Shown here in pieces: positions 55,121 to 63,828 of a stretch of 64,000 nucleotides of DNA. The stretch spans positions 15,621 through 79,620 of the forward strand of contig JBILLJ010000019.1 in NCBI GenBank assembly GCA_044376125.1, given 5' to 3'. Source of the DNA: Sandaracinaceae bacterium (lineage in GTDB: Bacteria > Myxococcota_A > Polyangia > Polyangiales > Sandaracinaceae). The notes below the pieces were generated by a model. It was not told the origin of the DNA. It searched no databases and worked only from the letters and a program-made list of their open reading frames with translations. A program made the position numbers and the translations under genes. Every line of letters starts with the position of its first letter. The stretch's first letter is position 1.

Positions 55121-55690
55121 TCACGCGGTGCTGGCGCGACGCATGGCCTGGACCGTCTCGCGCTGGAAGCGGCGCTGGTAGGCGCGCGTGACGGGCGCGC
55201 CGAGCCGCGCGAGCAGCGCATGCGGGCGAGAGAAGGCCTGAACGTCGTAGCGAACGCTCTCGTCCTCGAGCGTCACGACGAAGCGCTCCTCGCCGCACTC
55301 GGCATGTCCCGGCAGGGTGCCGAAGCCGAAGCCGAACCGCGCCGGCTCGTCGATCACGTAGAGGATCCGACAGGGATGCACCGAGCAGAAGCCCATGTGC
55401 GAGACGACGGTGGCGAACTGGCCGCCGGGCTCGAGCTTCGTGGGCCTGCGCACGATCCGCGTGAACGAAGGCGGGTAGTTCTCGATCCGAGAGAGCGCTG
55501 CGCGCGCGCGGTCGAAGACGTCGCGGCCCCGACCGAGCTCGACGCCGTAGCGGTCGAGCACGAAGCCCGTCGGTGGGCGGCTCAGGTCCTCGCGCGTGCT
55601 GCCCTGCGGTGCGTAGGTCAGCTCCGCGCCCCGCAGCCCATCCAGGAAGGCGAGGATCCGATCGTCGCTCGGCGCCCGCAGGTAGAACAT
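55121..55690 (-). CDS. DUF1990 family protein
   Basis: Start trimmed to MFYLRAPSDDRILAFL. YAPQGSTRE...PTGFVLDRYGVELGRGRDVFDRARAAL pattern. Confidence 0.75.
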   Translation of the reverse strand: MFYLRAPSDDRILAFLDGLRGAELTYAPQGSTREDLSRPPTGFVLDRYGVELGRGRDVFDRARAALSRIENYPPSFTRIVRRPTKLEPGGQFATVVSHMGFCSVHPCRILYVIDEPARFGFGFGTLPGHAECGEERFVVTLEDESVRYDVQAFSRPHALLARLGAPVTRAYQRRFQRETVQAMRRASTA

Positions 55691-55756
55691 GCCGAATCGT
55701 AGACAGAAACGGGATCGCCTCGCACGAGCCACACGCGGTGAAGTAGCGTCGGGTCC

Positions 55757-56887
55757 ATGACGACGACGAGCCTCGAGCTGCGCTCCCTCCTCCACGACAG
55801 CGGCGAGATCGAGGTCTCGCTCACGCCCGTGCCCGTGCCGGTGCTCCAGGCGGACGAGCTCCTCGTGCGTGTCGAGGCCACGCCGATCAATCCGTCGGAC
55901 CTCGGCCTGCTCTTCGGCCCGGTCGATCCGCGCAACCTCGTCGCAGGCACGAACGAGCACGGGCCGACGCTGCGCGCGAGCGTGCCCAAGGCGATCCTCC
56001 CCGCGCTCGCCGCGCGCGTGGGTCAGTCGCTCACCGCAGGCAACGAGGGCGCGGGCACGGTGATCGACGCAGGCAGCGCCCCCGAGGCGCAGGCGCTCCT
56101 GGGCCGCACGGTCGCGCTCCTCGGCGGCGCGATGTACGCCGAGCGACGCGTGGCCCGCGTGCGCGACGTGCTGCCCCTGCCCGCAGGAACGCCCGCGCGC
56201 GACGGCGCCTCGTGCTTCGTGAACCCGCTCACCGCGCTCTCGATGATCGAGGTGCTCCGCCGCGAGAAGCACGGCGCGCTCGTGCACACCGCGGCGGCCT
56301 CGAACCTCGGCCAGATGCTCGTGAAGCTCTGCAAGGCCGAGGGCATCCCGCTCGTGAACGTCGTGCGGAGCCCCGCGCAGGTCGCGCTCCTCCGCGAGCT
56401 CGGGGCCGAGCACGTGCTCGACTCGAGCGCACCGAGCTTCCAGGCCGACCTGATCGCGGCGCTCCGGACCACGGGCGCGACGCTCGCCTTCGACGCGGTC
56501 GGCGGCGGCAAGCTCGCGGGCCACATCCTCTTCGCGATGGAGGCGGCGTGTCTGTCGAAGATGACGACGTACAGCCGCTACGGCTCCCCGACGCACAAGC
56601 AGGTCTACGTGTACGGCGCGCTCGACCTCGGCCCGACGGAGCTCCCGCGCGCCGTCGGCCTCGCGTGGAGCGTGAGCGGCTTCCTCCTCACGTACTTCCT
56701 CAAGACGCTCGCGCCCGAAGACGTCGCGCGCATGCGCACGCGCATCGCGACCGAGCTCACGACCACCTTCGCGAGCCACTACGCCGAGACCATCTCGCTG
56801 CGCGAGATGCTCGATCCCACCAAGGTCGCGACCTACACGAAGAAGGGCACCGGCGCGAAGGTCCTCGTCGACCCGAGCCGCCCCTGA
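55757..56887 (+). CDS. MDR-superfamily (quinone oxidoreductase/enoyl reductase-like) NAD(P)-dependent oxidoreductase
   Basis: LVRVEATPINPSD, GNEGAGTV, NPLTAL, AAASNLGQML (nucleotide-binding variant). Confidence 0.85.
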   Translation: MTTTSLELRSLLHDSGEIEVSLTPVPVPVLQADELLVRVEATPINPSDLGLLFGPVDPRNLVAGTNEHGPTLRASVPKAILPALAARVGQSLTAGNEGAGTVIDAGSAPEAQALLGRTVALLGGAMYAERRVARVRDVLPLPAGTPARDGASCFVNPLTALSMIEVLRREKHGALVHTAAASNLGQMLVKLCKAEGIPLVNVVRSPAQVALLRELGAEHVLDSSAPSFQADLIAALRTTGATLAFDAVGGGKLAGHILFAMEAACLSKMTTYSRYGSPTHKQVYVYGALDLGPTELPRAVGLAWSVSGFLLTYFLKTLAPEDVARMRTRIATELTTTFASHYAETISLREMLDPTKVATYTKKGTGAKVLVDPSRP

Positions 56888-56924
56888 GCGCCGCGCGACC
56901 GAGCGCACGCACCTTCTCCGGGGC

Positions 56925-57334
56925 TCAGCGCTTCGGGCGTCGGCCGCGGAACGTGGGGTCCCACGCGAAGCCGTCGTCGGCCATGACCTCGAACGACACG
57001 TGGTCACCGAGCTCGACGGGCTCGCCGCCGATCTCGTCACCGCTCTCGCGCGCGTAGGCATCGAGCGAGTCGATCGAGCGCCAGGCGAGGTACTCCCCTG
57101 CCGGCCCGCTCGCGCAGGTGATGATCCCCTGGTGTCGACCGTGGACGAAGCGCGGCCCCTTCTTCGCCGTGACGGCGCGGACACGGCGCGCCTGCGCGCT
57201 TCGGCGACGAACGTGACGAGCGAGCCGCGCTCGAGCCCCGCGACACGCTCGTCGCATCGATACACCACCCGCTGCGCGCGCACCTCGAGCGGCGACGCGG
57301 AGATCACCACCCCGTGAATCCGTTTGTCGGCCAT
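56925..57334 (-). pseudogene. unknown about 136-aa protein, third gene of the RHH cassette, with an apparent 1-nt frameshift around 57190-57215
   Basis: ATG at 57334 with AAGGAG 8 nt upstream gives MADKRIHGVVISASPLEVRAQRVVYRCDERVAGLERGSLVTFVAEA. Protein-like sequence resumes in another frame (AVTAKKGPRFVHGRHQGIITCASGPAGEYLAWRSID...FRGRRPKR). Confidence 0.4.
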
Positions 57335-57609
57335 CTCGCATACTCCTTCGCACCGCCAGTCTCCGTCGGCTCACCGATTCGGTCGAAACATGCCGCACCG
57401 AGGAACACCTCGTCCGCGACGCGGATGTGCGGGAACGAGCGCTCGAGCGGGCAGGGCAGCGACGCGATCAGCGCCGGGGCGGCGCGCAGGGTGATGTGCT
57501 GCCAGAGGAAGTCCGCCGCCGCCTCGTGCAACTCGATCTTCGCGTTCTCGGCCTCCCGGAGCCGCTCGTGGAGCTGCGCCGGAAGCGCCTCGGTGTCGCT
57601 CTCCATCAC
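57304..57609 (-). CDS. unknown 101-aa protein (second gene of the RHH cassette)
   Basis: The ATG overlaps the RHH gene stop (ATGA). Composition is protein-like for the first roughly 85 aa. No family recognised. Confidence 0.5.
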   Translation of the reverse strand: MMESDTEALPAQLHERLREAENAKIELHEAAADFLWQHITLRAAPALIASLPCPLERSFPHIRVADEVFLGAACFDRIGEPTETGGAKEYARWPTNGFTGW

Positions 57610-57890
57610 GCCGTCTCGGTGGCGCGACGCTGGTTGCGCTCGGCAGCCCGCGCGGCCCGAGCCAGGGCGTTCTTCACGCGGCGATCCGCGGCGGCGAGCT
57701 CCTGCTCCGTGAAGGCCCCGTGCTCGGCTTCCCAGTCCGCGATCGCCGCCAGGCCTGCTTCACCCCGGCGGCGCTCCGCCGCCGCCGGGTCGAGCCAGCT
57801 CGACGGGCTCGCGCCTTCACGCTTCTCGCTGGCCTCGGCGTGACGGGCCGTCTCGAGATCGAGCGCGACGGCGAGCTTCCGGACGGTCAT
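57606..57890 (-). CDS. ribbon-helix-helix (CopG/MetJ/Arc-like) antitoxin-like protein
   Basis: N-terminal beta-strand plus two helices pattern (RKLAVALDLETARHAE...ASPSSWLDPAAAERR), then an acidic helical tail (AIADWEAEHGAFTEQELAAADRRV). Confidence 0.6.
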   Translation of the reverse strand: MTVRKLAVALDLETARHAEASEKREGASPSSWLDPAAAERRRGEAGLAAIADWEAEHGAFTEQELAAADRRVKNALARAARAAERNQRRATETA

Positions 57891-57936
57891 GCGTCGACGG
57901 TACCACCGCGGTGCGAACGCGCCTCGTGACGCGCTG

Positions 57937-59316
57937 TCAGACGAGCATCGTGACGGGGGCCTCGAGGAGCTTCTTCAAGGCCGCGAGGAAGCGGGCGCCG
58001 ACGGCGCCGTCGACGACGCGGTGATCGCACGAGAGGGTCATGCGCATGCGCTTGCCGGCGACGATCGCCCCGTCCTTCACCACCGGCTCCTCGCGCACCG
58101 TGCCCACCGCGAGGATCGCGCCCTCGGGCGGGTTGATGACGGCCGCGAACTGCTCGATGCCGAACATGCCGAGGTTCGAGATCGAGAAGGTGCCGTTCTG
58201 CATCTCCTCGGGCTTGAGCTTCTTGTCCTTCGCGCGCTTGGCGAGCTCCTTGATCTCGGCAGAGATCGCGAGCACGCCCTTCTTGTCTGCGTCGCGCACG
58301 ACGGGCGTGAGGAGGCCATCGGGCACGGCCACCGCCACGGAGATGTCGACCACCTGGTGGAAGAGCACCTCGCTGCCGAGGAAGGACGCGTTGCACTCGG
58401 GCACGCGGCGGAGCGCGATCGCGCACGCCTTCACGAGGAGATCGTTCACCGAGATCTTCGCGTCGCTCTTGGCCTCTTCGAGCTGCGCGTTGATCGATGC
58501 GCGCGCGTCCAGGAGAGGCTGCGCGTCGACGTCGATGGTCAGGTAGAAGTGCGGAACCGTCTGCTTGGACTCGGTGAGCCGCCGCGCGATGGTCTTGCGC
58601 ATCTGCGAGACGGCCTGCTTCACGGGCTCACGCCGCTCGAAGCTCGCCGAGGTGCCACCGCTGAACGCGTACGTCGCGCTCGAGACCGGCGCGCTCGCCG
58701 CGGGCGCTGACGCCGCAGAGACTCCGCGCGGCGCACTGTCGAGGTCGCGCTTGATGATCCGACCGTGCGGCCCCGTGCCCGCGATGGTGCGCAGATCGAT
58801 GTCCTGCTCGCGCGCGAGCTTGCGAACGAGCGGCGACGCAAGCACCCGCCCCGTGCTCGTCACCGACGCGGAGCCACCCGCCGCACCCGGAGCAGGAGCC
58901 GAGGCACCATGCGTCGATCCCGAAGCGCCCCCCGAGCCACCGTGAGCAGATCCCGAAGCGCCCACCGAGCCACCGTGAGCAGATCCCGAAGCGCCCCCCT
59001 CCCGCCCCGCGGGAGGGGCCGGGGGAGGGGAAGCGAGACCTCCACCCACCTGCGCCAGCAACGCCGTGATGTCGTCGCCCTTGTTGCCGATGATCGCCAC
59101 GGGCTGATCCGGCTTCAGCGTCGAGCCCTCGGGCACGAGGATCTTGAGCAGCACGCCCTTGTCGAGCGCGCGCCACTCCATCGTGGCCTTGTCGGTCTCG
59201 ACCTCCGCGACGAGGTCGTCGATGGCGAGCGCGTCGCCTTCCTTCTTGGCCCACTTCGAGAGCGTGCCCTCTTCCATCGTCGGAGAGAGCTTGGGCAGCC
59301 CAACGATCTTCGCCAT
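57937..59316 (-). CDS. pdhC: dihydrolipoamide acetyltransferase (PDH E2)
   Basis: Lipoyl domain VETDKATME, E3/E1-binding domain ASPLVRKLAREQDIDL, catalytic DHRVVDGA. Confidence 0.95.
   Translation of the reverse strand: MAKIVGLPKLSPTMEEGTLSKWAKKEGDALAIDDLVAEVETDKATMEWRALDKGVLLKILVPEGSTLKPDQPVAIIGNKGDDITALLAQVGGGLASPPPAPPAGREGGASGSAHGGSVGASGSAHGGSGGASGSTHGASAPAPGAAGGSASVTSTGRVLASPLVRKLAREQDIDLRTIAGTGPHGRIIKRDLDSAPRGVSAASAPAASAPVSSATYAFSGGTSASFERREPVKQAVSQMRKTIARRLTESKQTVPHFYLTIDVDAQPLLDARASINAQLEEAKSDAKISVNDLLVKACAIALRRVPECNASFLGSEVLFHQVVDISVAVAVPDGLLTPVVRDADKKGVLAISAEIKELAKRAKDKKLKPEEMQNGTFSISNLGMFGIEQFAAVINPPEGAILAVGTVREEPVVKDGAIVAGKRMRMTLSCDHRVVDGAVGARFLAALKKLLEAPVTMLV
58916..58997 (-). 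repeat. 33-bp in-frame tandem repeat (about 2.5 units) expanding the E2 Gly/Ser/Ala linker
   Basis: Units at 58916-58948 and 58949-58981 differ at one base. They encode GGASGSAHGGS repeats. Confidence 0.85.
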
Positions 59317-59321
59317 GGTGC

Positions 59322-60308
59322 TCAGCTCCTGTAGAGGCTCTTCAGGATCGTCTGCTTGATGCGGTCCTTGCCGACGATGACGTCGGTCTCGAGGCCCGCC
59401 GCGTACGGCATCGGCACGTCGAGGTTCGTCGCGCGAAGCACGGGCGAGTCGAGGTGATCGAAGGCCTCGCGCTGCACGCGATCGACGATCTCCGCGCCCG
59501 GCCCGCCGTAGGGCCAGTGCTCGTGCACGACCACGCAGCGGTTGGTCTTCTTCACGCTCTCGAGGATCGTGCCGTGATCGAGCGGGCGCAGCGTGCGTGG
59601 GTCGATCACCTCGCACGAGATGCCGTCGGCCTCGAGCTCCTTGGCCACCTCGAGCACCGTGACGTAGGGCCGGCCCCACGTGACCACCGTGACGTCCGTG
59701 CCCTCGCGCGCGATGCGCGCCTTGCCGAACTCGATGACCTCGTCCTCGCTCGCGTCGGGGACCTGGCCCTTCTGGTTGTAGAGCGTCTCGCCCTCGAGGA
59801 AGACGACCGGGTTGTCGTCGCGGATCGCCATCTTGAGCAGGCCCTTGGCGTCCCGCGGCGTCGACGGATACACGACGTAGAGGCCCGGGAAGTTCGCGTA
59901 GACCGCGTCGACCGAGTGGCTGTGCTGGCTGCCGACCTGGCGCGCCGAGGCGTTGGGCCCGCGGAACACGATCGGGATCTTGAACTGCCCCGCGCTCATC
60001 TGGAGCATCTTGGCGGCGCTGTTGATGATCTGGTCGATCGCCACGAACGAGAAGTTCCACGTCATGAACTCGATGATCGGGCGCAGGCCCGTCATCGCCG
60101 CGCCGACGCCCACGCCCGCGAAGCCGCTCTCCGCGATGGGCGTGTCGATCACGCGCTCGGGGCCGAACTTCTCGATCAGGCCGCGCGTCACCTTGTAGGC
60201 GCCCTGGTAGTAGCCGACCTCTTCGCCCATCAGGAAGACGTTGGGGTCCCGGACCATCTCTTCGGCGATCGCCTCGTTCAGGGCGTCGCGGTACGTGATC
60301 TCACGCAT
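59322..60308 (-). CDS. pdhB: pyruvate dehydrogenase E1 beta subunit
   Basis: MREITYRDALNEAIAEEM, transketolase-like Pyr and C-terminal domains. The ATG overlaps the pdhA stop. Confidence 0.95.
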   Translation of the reverse strand: MREITYRDALNEAIAEEMVRDPNVFLMGEEVGYYQGAYKVTRGLIEKFGPERVIDTPIAESGFAGVGVGAAMTGLRPIIEFMTWNFSFVAIDQIINSAAKMLQMSAGQFKIPIVFRGPNASARQVGSQHSHSVDAVYANFPGLYVVYPSTPRDAKGLLKMAIRDDNPVVFLEGETLYNQKGQVPDASEDEVIEFGKARIAREGTDVTVVTWGRPYVTVLEVAKELEADGISCEVIDPRTLRPLDHGTILESVKKTNRCVVVHEHWPYGGPGAEIVDRVQREAFDHLDSPVLRATNLDVPMPYAAGLETDVIVGKDRIKQTILKSLYRS

Positions 60309-61324
60309 CACCGGCCTCCTTCGGCGCGGAAGGGCGCATGGGCGCCGTCGAAGCGCTGCGGGTAGGCGACCGAGGGCGCGAGCACCGTCGCGTTCACGAC
60401 CTCGTGCGTCGCAGGCGCCGACGCATCAGCGAACGCGACCGCGTCGGCGACCTCCGCCTCGATCTCCGCGTCGAGCTTCGCGAGCGCCTCCTCGCTCACG
60501 CCGCGCGCGGCCAGGCGCTCGCGCGCGATCTTCACCGGATCGCGCGTGCGCTTCATCTCCTCGACCTCCTCGGCCGTGCGGTACTTGCCCGGGTCCGACA
60601 TCGAGTGGCCGCGGAAGCGGTACGTGAGCACCTCGACGAGCGTCGGCCCTTCACCGCGGCGCGCGCGCGCGACCGCGGTCTTCATGCGCTCCTTCACGAC
60701 CTCGACGTCGTGACCCTCGAAGCGATCGGTCGGCATGCCGTAGCCGGCGCCCTTGAGCGTCACGTCCGACGTCGGGTTCGTGCGCTCCATCGGGCTGCCC
60801 ATGGAGTAGTGGTTGTTCTCGCAGACGAAGACGATCGGCAGCTTCCAGATCGCCGCGAGCGTGAGGCCCTCGTGGAAGCCTCCGATCGGCGTCGCGCCCT
60901 CTCCGAAGAAGCAGAGCACCACGTCCTCGGTCTTGAGGTACTTGCAGCGGAACGCCGCGCCCGCGCCGAGCGCGATGTGCCCGCCGACGATGCCGTGCCC
61001 ACCGAGGAAGCGGTGCTCGGCGTCGAACATGTGCATCGAGCCACCCAGGCCCCGCGAGATGCCGGTGTCCTTGCCGTACAGCTCCGCCATGATCGCCCGC
61101 GCGCTCGTGCCGCGGACGAGCGCGTGACCGTGATCGCGATACGTGGTGATCACGTAGTCGGTCTTGCGGATCGCGCCCTCGCTGCCGACGGCGACGGCCT
61201 CCTGGCCGATGTAGAGGTGGAGGAAACCGCCGATCTTGCCGCCCACGTAGGCGCGCGCGGCCTCTTCTTCCGCGCGGCGGATCAGCTGCATCTGGCGGTA
61301 CTGAGCGAGGAGCTCTTCGGACAA
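60308..61324 (-). CDS. pdhA: pyruvate dehydrogenase E1 alpha subunit
   Basis: GFLHLYIGQEA, TPP motif GGHGIVGGHIALGAG...GEGA...NN. TTG start at 61324 with GGAGG 7 nt upstream is inferred. Confidence 0.9.
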   Translation of the reverse strand: MSEELLAQYRQMQLIRRAEEEAARAYVGGKIGGFLHLYIGQEAVAVGSEGAIRKTDYVITTYRDHGHALVRGTSARAIMAELYGKDTGISRGLGGSMHMFDAEHRFLGGHGIVGGHIALGAGAAFRCKYLKTEDVVLCFFGEGATPIGGFHEGLTLAAIWKLPIVFVCENNHYSMGSPMERTNPTSDVTLKGAGYGMPTDRFEGHDVEVVKERMKTAVARARRGEGPTLVEVLTYRFRGHSMSDPGKYRTAEEVEEMKRTRDPVKIARERLAARGVSEEALAKLDAEIEAEVADAVAFADASAPATHEVVNATVLAPSVAYPQRFDGAHAPFRAEGGR

Positions 61325-61677
61325 GCACGACCTCCGTCGAAGGGGCCGGACCCTAACACGACGCTCGTGCTGGGCCGGGGGCGCATGCGTGGCGCATCCG
61401 AGCCTCGCGCGCACGACGCACCGCGTCGTTCACGCCTCGACGCGAGCATCGAGCCGGGGCCCGCGCGGCGAGGGGCCCCACGTCCATCACACCACCCCGT
61501 TGATCCGCGGGGCGGTCCCGGCCAAAGATGGAGCGTCGCCTGAATCTCTCGGGGGACCCCTCGTCCGAGGGCTCACGCCCTCGACGCTCGATCCGGACCG
61601 TTGCTCCGGTCGCGCGCGGGGATGTCCCAACGCACCGTCGCGCCCAGGGTGGCGCGCGGTCTCAGCCAGGAGCCTGC

Positions 61678-62607
61678 ATGAACAAGCTCGGTCTCGGCGT
61701 CATCGGCCTCGCGCTCGTGCTCGCCTCGTTCGCCTCCACCTCCACCGCGAGCGCCCAGTTCGTCCCGACGACCTGCGACATGAGCGACGCGAACGTCCAG
61801 TACGGCTCCATCACGCCGGGGGCGACCGTGCAGCTCGCGATGCACACGCCGTGGCGCGGGGACGCGAACTGGAGCGCGGAGATGAACCGCTTCGTGGGCA
61901 TGACCGCGGTCGTGACGAGCCTCGAGGGCGTCGACGGTGTCGGCTGCCCGGTGGTGCGCGTCAACGCCGACGGCGGTCAGTACTACTGGCGCATCCGCGA
62001 CATGCGCCTGCTCGGCGCCGCGATGCCGGCCGTGCCTCCGGGCGATCCGATCCCGCGCTACTGCGGGCTCACCGCGGCCACCGCGCAGTTCGGCGCGCTC
62101 CGCCCCGGCACCACGGTGGTGCTCGGCGCGCACACGTTCGCCGGCGCGGGCGACGACCTCAACTGGAACGCGGAGATGAACCGCTGGGTCGGCTCGCAGG
62201 CCGTGATCACGAGCCTCGATCAGGTCGATGGCTACGGCTGCCCCGTCGTGCGCGTGACCGCCGATGGCGGCCAGTACTACTGGCGCATCCGCGACATGCA
62301 GCTCGTGGGCGGCATGGGCATGGCGCCTCCGCCGCCGCCCGCGATGACGATCCCGACGTGGTGCGGCATGCCCTCGGGCGCGCCGCAGTACGGTCCGGTG
62401 CGCGTGGGCAGCTGGGTGGTCCTCGGCCAGCACACCGCCGACATCGGTGATCCGAACTGGGCGGGCGAGATGGGCCGCTGGGTCGGTCAGCAGACGACCG
62501 TCACTGGCTTCGCCGGCACCGACTCGCAGGGCTGCCCCACGGTGCGTGTCGCCGCCGACGGAGGCGCCTACGCCTGGCGCATCCGCAACATGACGTTCCT
62601 GCGCTGA
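61678..62607 (+). CDS. secreted protein built from three tandem roughly 95-aa repeats of an unassigned two-Cys domain
   Basis: Signal peptide MNKLGLGVIGLALVLASFASTSTASA. Three copies of C..QYG...G..V.L..H....D.NW..EM.R.VG....T.....D..GCP.VRV.ADGG.Y.WRIR.M. Confidence 0.75.
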   Translation: MNKLGLGVIGLALVLASFASTSTASAQFVPTTCDMSDANVQYGSITPGATVQLAMHTPWRGDANWSAEMNRFVGMTAVVTSLEGVDGVGCPVVRVNADGGQYYWRIRDMRLLGAAMPAVPPGDPIPRYCGLTAATAQFGALRPGTTVVLGAHTFAGAGDDLNWNAEMNRWVGSQAVITSLDQVDGYGCPVVRVTADGGQYYWRIRDMQLVGGMGMAPPPPPAMTIPTWCGMPSGAPQYGPVRVGSWVVLGQHTADIGDPNWAGEMGRWVGQQTTVTGFAGTDSQGCPTVRVAADGGAYAWRIRNMTFLR

Positions 62608-62615
62608 CTCGGCGC

Positions 62616-62641
62616 GAGGGGCCGTGCGAACGCGGCCCCTC
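62616..62641 (+). terminator. GC-rich hairpin (gaggggccg-N8-cggcccctc) 9 nt after the stop codon
   Basis: 9-bp perfect stem, 8-nt loop, no U-tract. Confidence 0.45.
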
Positions 62642-62742
62642 CCTGCAGAAGGGCCCGTTTCGTGGGGATTTCATCGCCGTCGTGATGGACAGCGGGCCCG
62701 TCCACGCGGGTGCGTGACGAAACGATGGCTTGAGCGACGGGC

Positions 62743-63750
62743 GTGTGTGCGCCATCGTCCGCGCCCGTGACGTCCCAAGCCGTGCTCGAGAGCCGTGATC
62801 TCGCGCTGGAGCTGCATCGAGCGTTCGCGGAGCTCGATCGCGGCCTGCCCTTCGGTCCAGGCCGAGGGCGTGCGCGCCGCGTGAGCGAGAAGCTCACGGA
62901 TCTGCGTGCGCGCCTGGGCGCGTGGCTCGACGCGACGCCGCCCGCGCTCAGCGAAGCGCAGCGCGCGGAGTGGCGCGAGGTCCGCGGCGAGCTCGAGGCC
63001 CTGCCCGAGACGGCGACCGACCGCCCGAGCCTCATCGCGCTCCGCACGCGCGTGCAGCCGAGCTACGAGGCGATCGTCCGCGAGCTCGCGGAAGAGCTCG
63101 TCTCGATCCCGTCGCTCCGCCCCACGAACTACGCGCGCAACGTGCTCCACCTCGCCTCGGCGGCGTCGGGGATCGTCGCGCTCGAGCTCGTGCCCTCGTG
63201 GCGCTGGGCCACCGGCATCGCGCTCGCCGTCGCGCTCACCGGCTGGACGCTCGAGATCACGCGCACGCGCAGCGAAGCGGTGAACCAGTTCTGCATGAAG
63301 CTCTTCGGCCGCACCGCGCACCCGCACGAGGCGCACCGCGTGAACTCGGCCACCTGGTACTCGACGGCGCTGGTCCTGCTCTCGCTCACGCAGTCGCTCC
63401 TTCCGTGCCTCGTCGCGCTCGCCGTGCTCGGCGTGGGCGATCCGGCCGCGGCCATCATCGGCCGCCGCTTCGGCCGCACCGAGATCGTCCACGGCCGCAC
63501 GCTCGAAGGCACGCTCGCGTTCGTGCTCGCCGGCGGCCTCGCGGCCTTCGGCTACGTCTCGCTGATGCACCCCGCGTCCTCGGCAGGCGGCTTCGCGTGG
63601 CCGCTCGTGATCGCCGCGTCGTTCGGCGGTGCGGTGACCGGCGCGGTCGCCGAGCTCGTGAGCCGCCGCATCGACGACAACCTCTCGATCCCCCTCGCGG
63701 CCTACGCGGGCGCGATGATCACGGCGTCGATCGCCGGCGTCTTCGCCTGA
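62743..63750 (+). CDS. CTP-dependent polyprenol/diacylglycerol kinase family (dolichol/phytol kinase-like, CTP_transf_1) membrane protein with a soluble helical N-terminal domain
   Basis: C-terminal TM bundle with GVGDPAAAIIGRRFGR..GRTLEGTLAF motif. The start is uncertain (GTG at 62743). Confidence 0.7.
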   Translation: MCAPSSAPVTSQAVLESRDLALELHRAFAELDRGLPFGPGRGRARRVSEKLTDLRARLGAWLDATPPALSEAQRAEWREVRGELEALPETATDRPSLIALRTRVQPSYEAIVRELAEELVSIPSLRPTNYARNVLHLASAASGIVALELVPSWRWATGIALAVALTGWTLEITRTRSEAVNQFCMKLFGRTAHPHEAHRVNSATWYSTALVLLSLTQSLLPCLVALAVLGVGDPAAAIIGRRFGRTEIVHGRTLEGTLAFVLAGGLAAFGYVSLMHPASSAGGFAWPLVIAASFGGAVTGAVAELVSRRIDDNLSIPLAAYAGAMITASIAGVFA

Positions 63751-63828
63751 CCTTGCGGCGCCTGAAACCTCCTGAAAACCAGGGGATCCGAGGCTCGCGT
63801 CGCGGGACGCGCTGCTAGCGTCGCGCCC

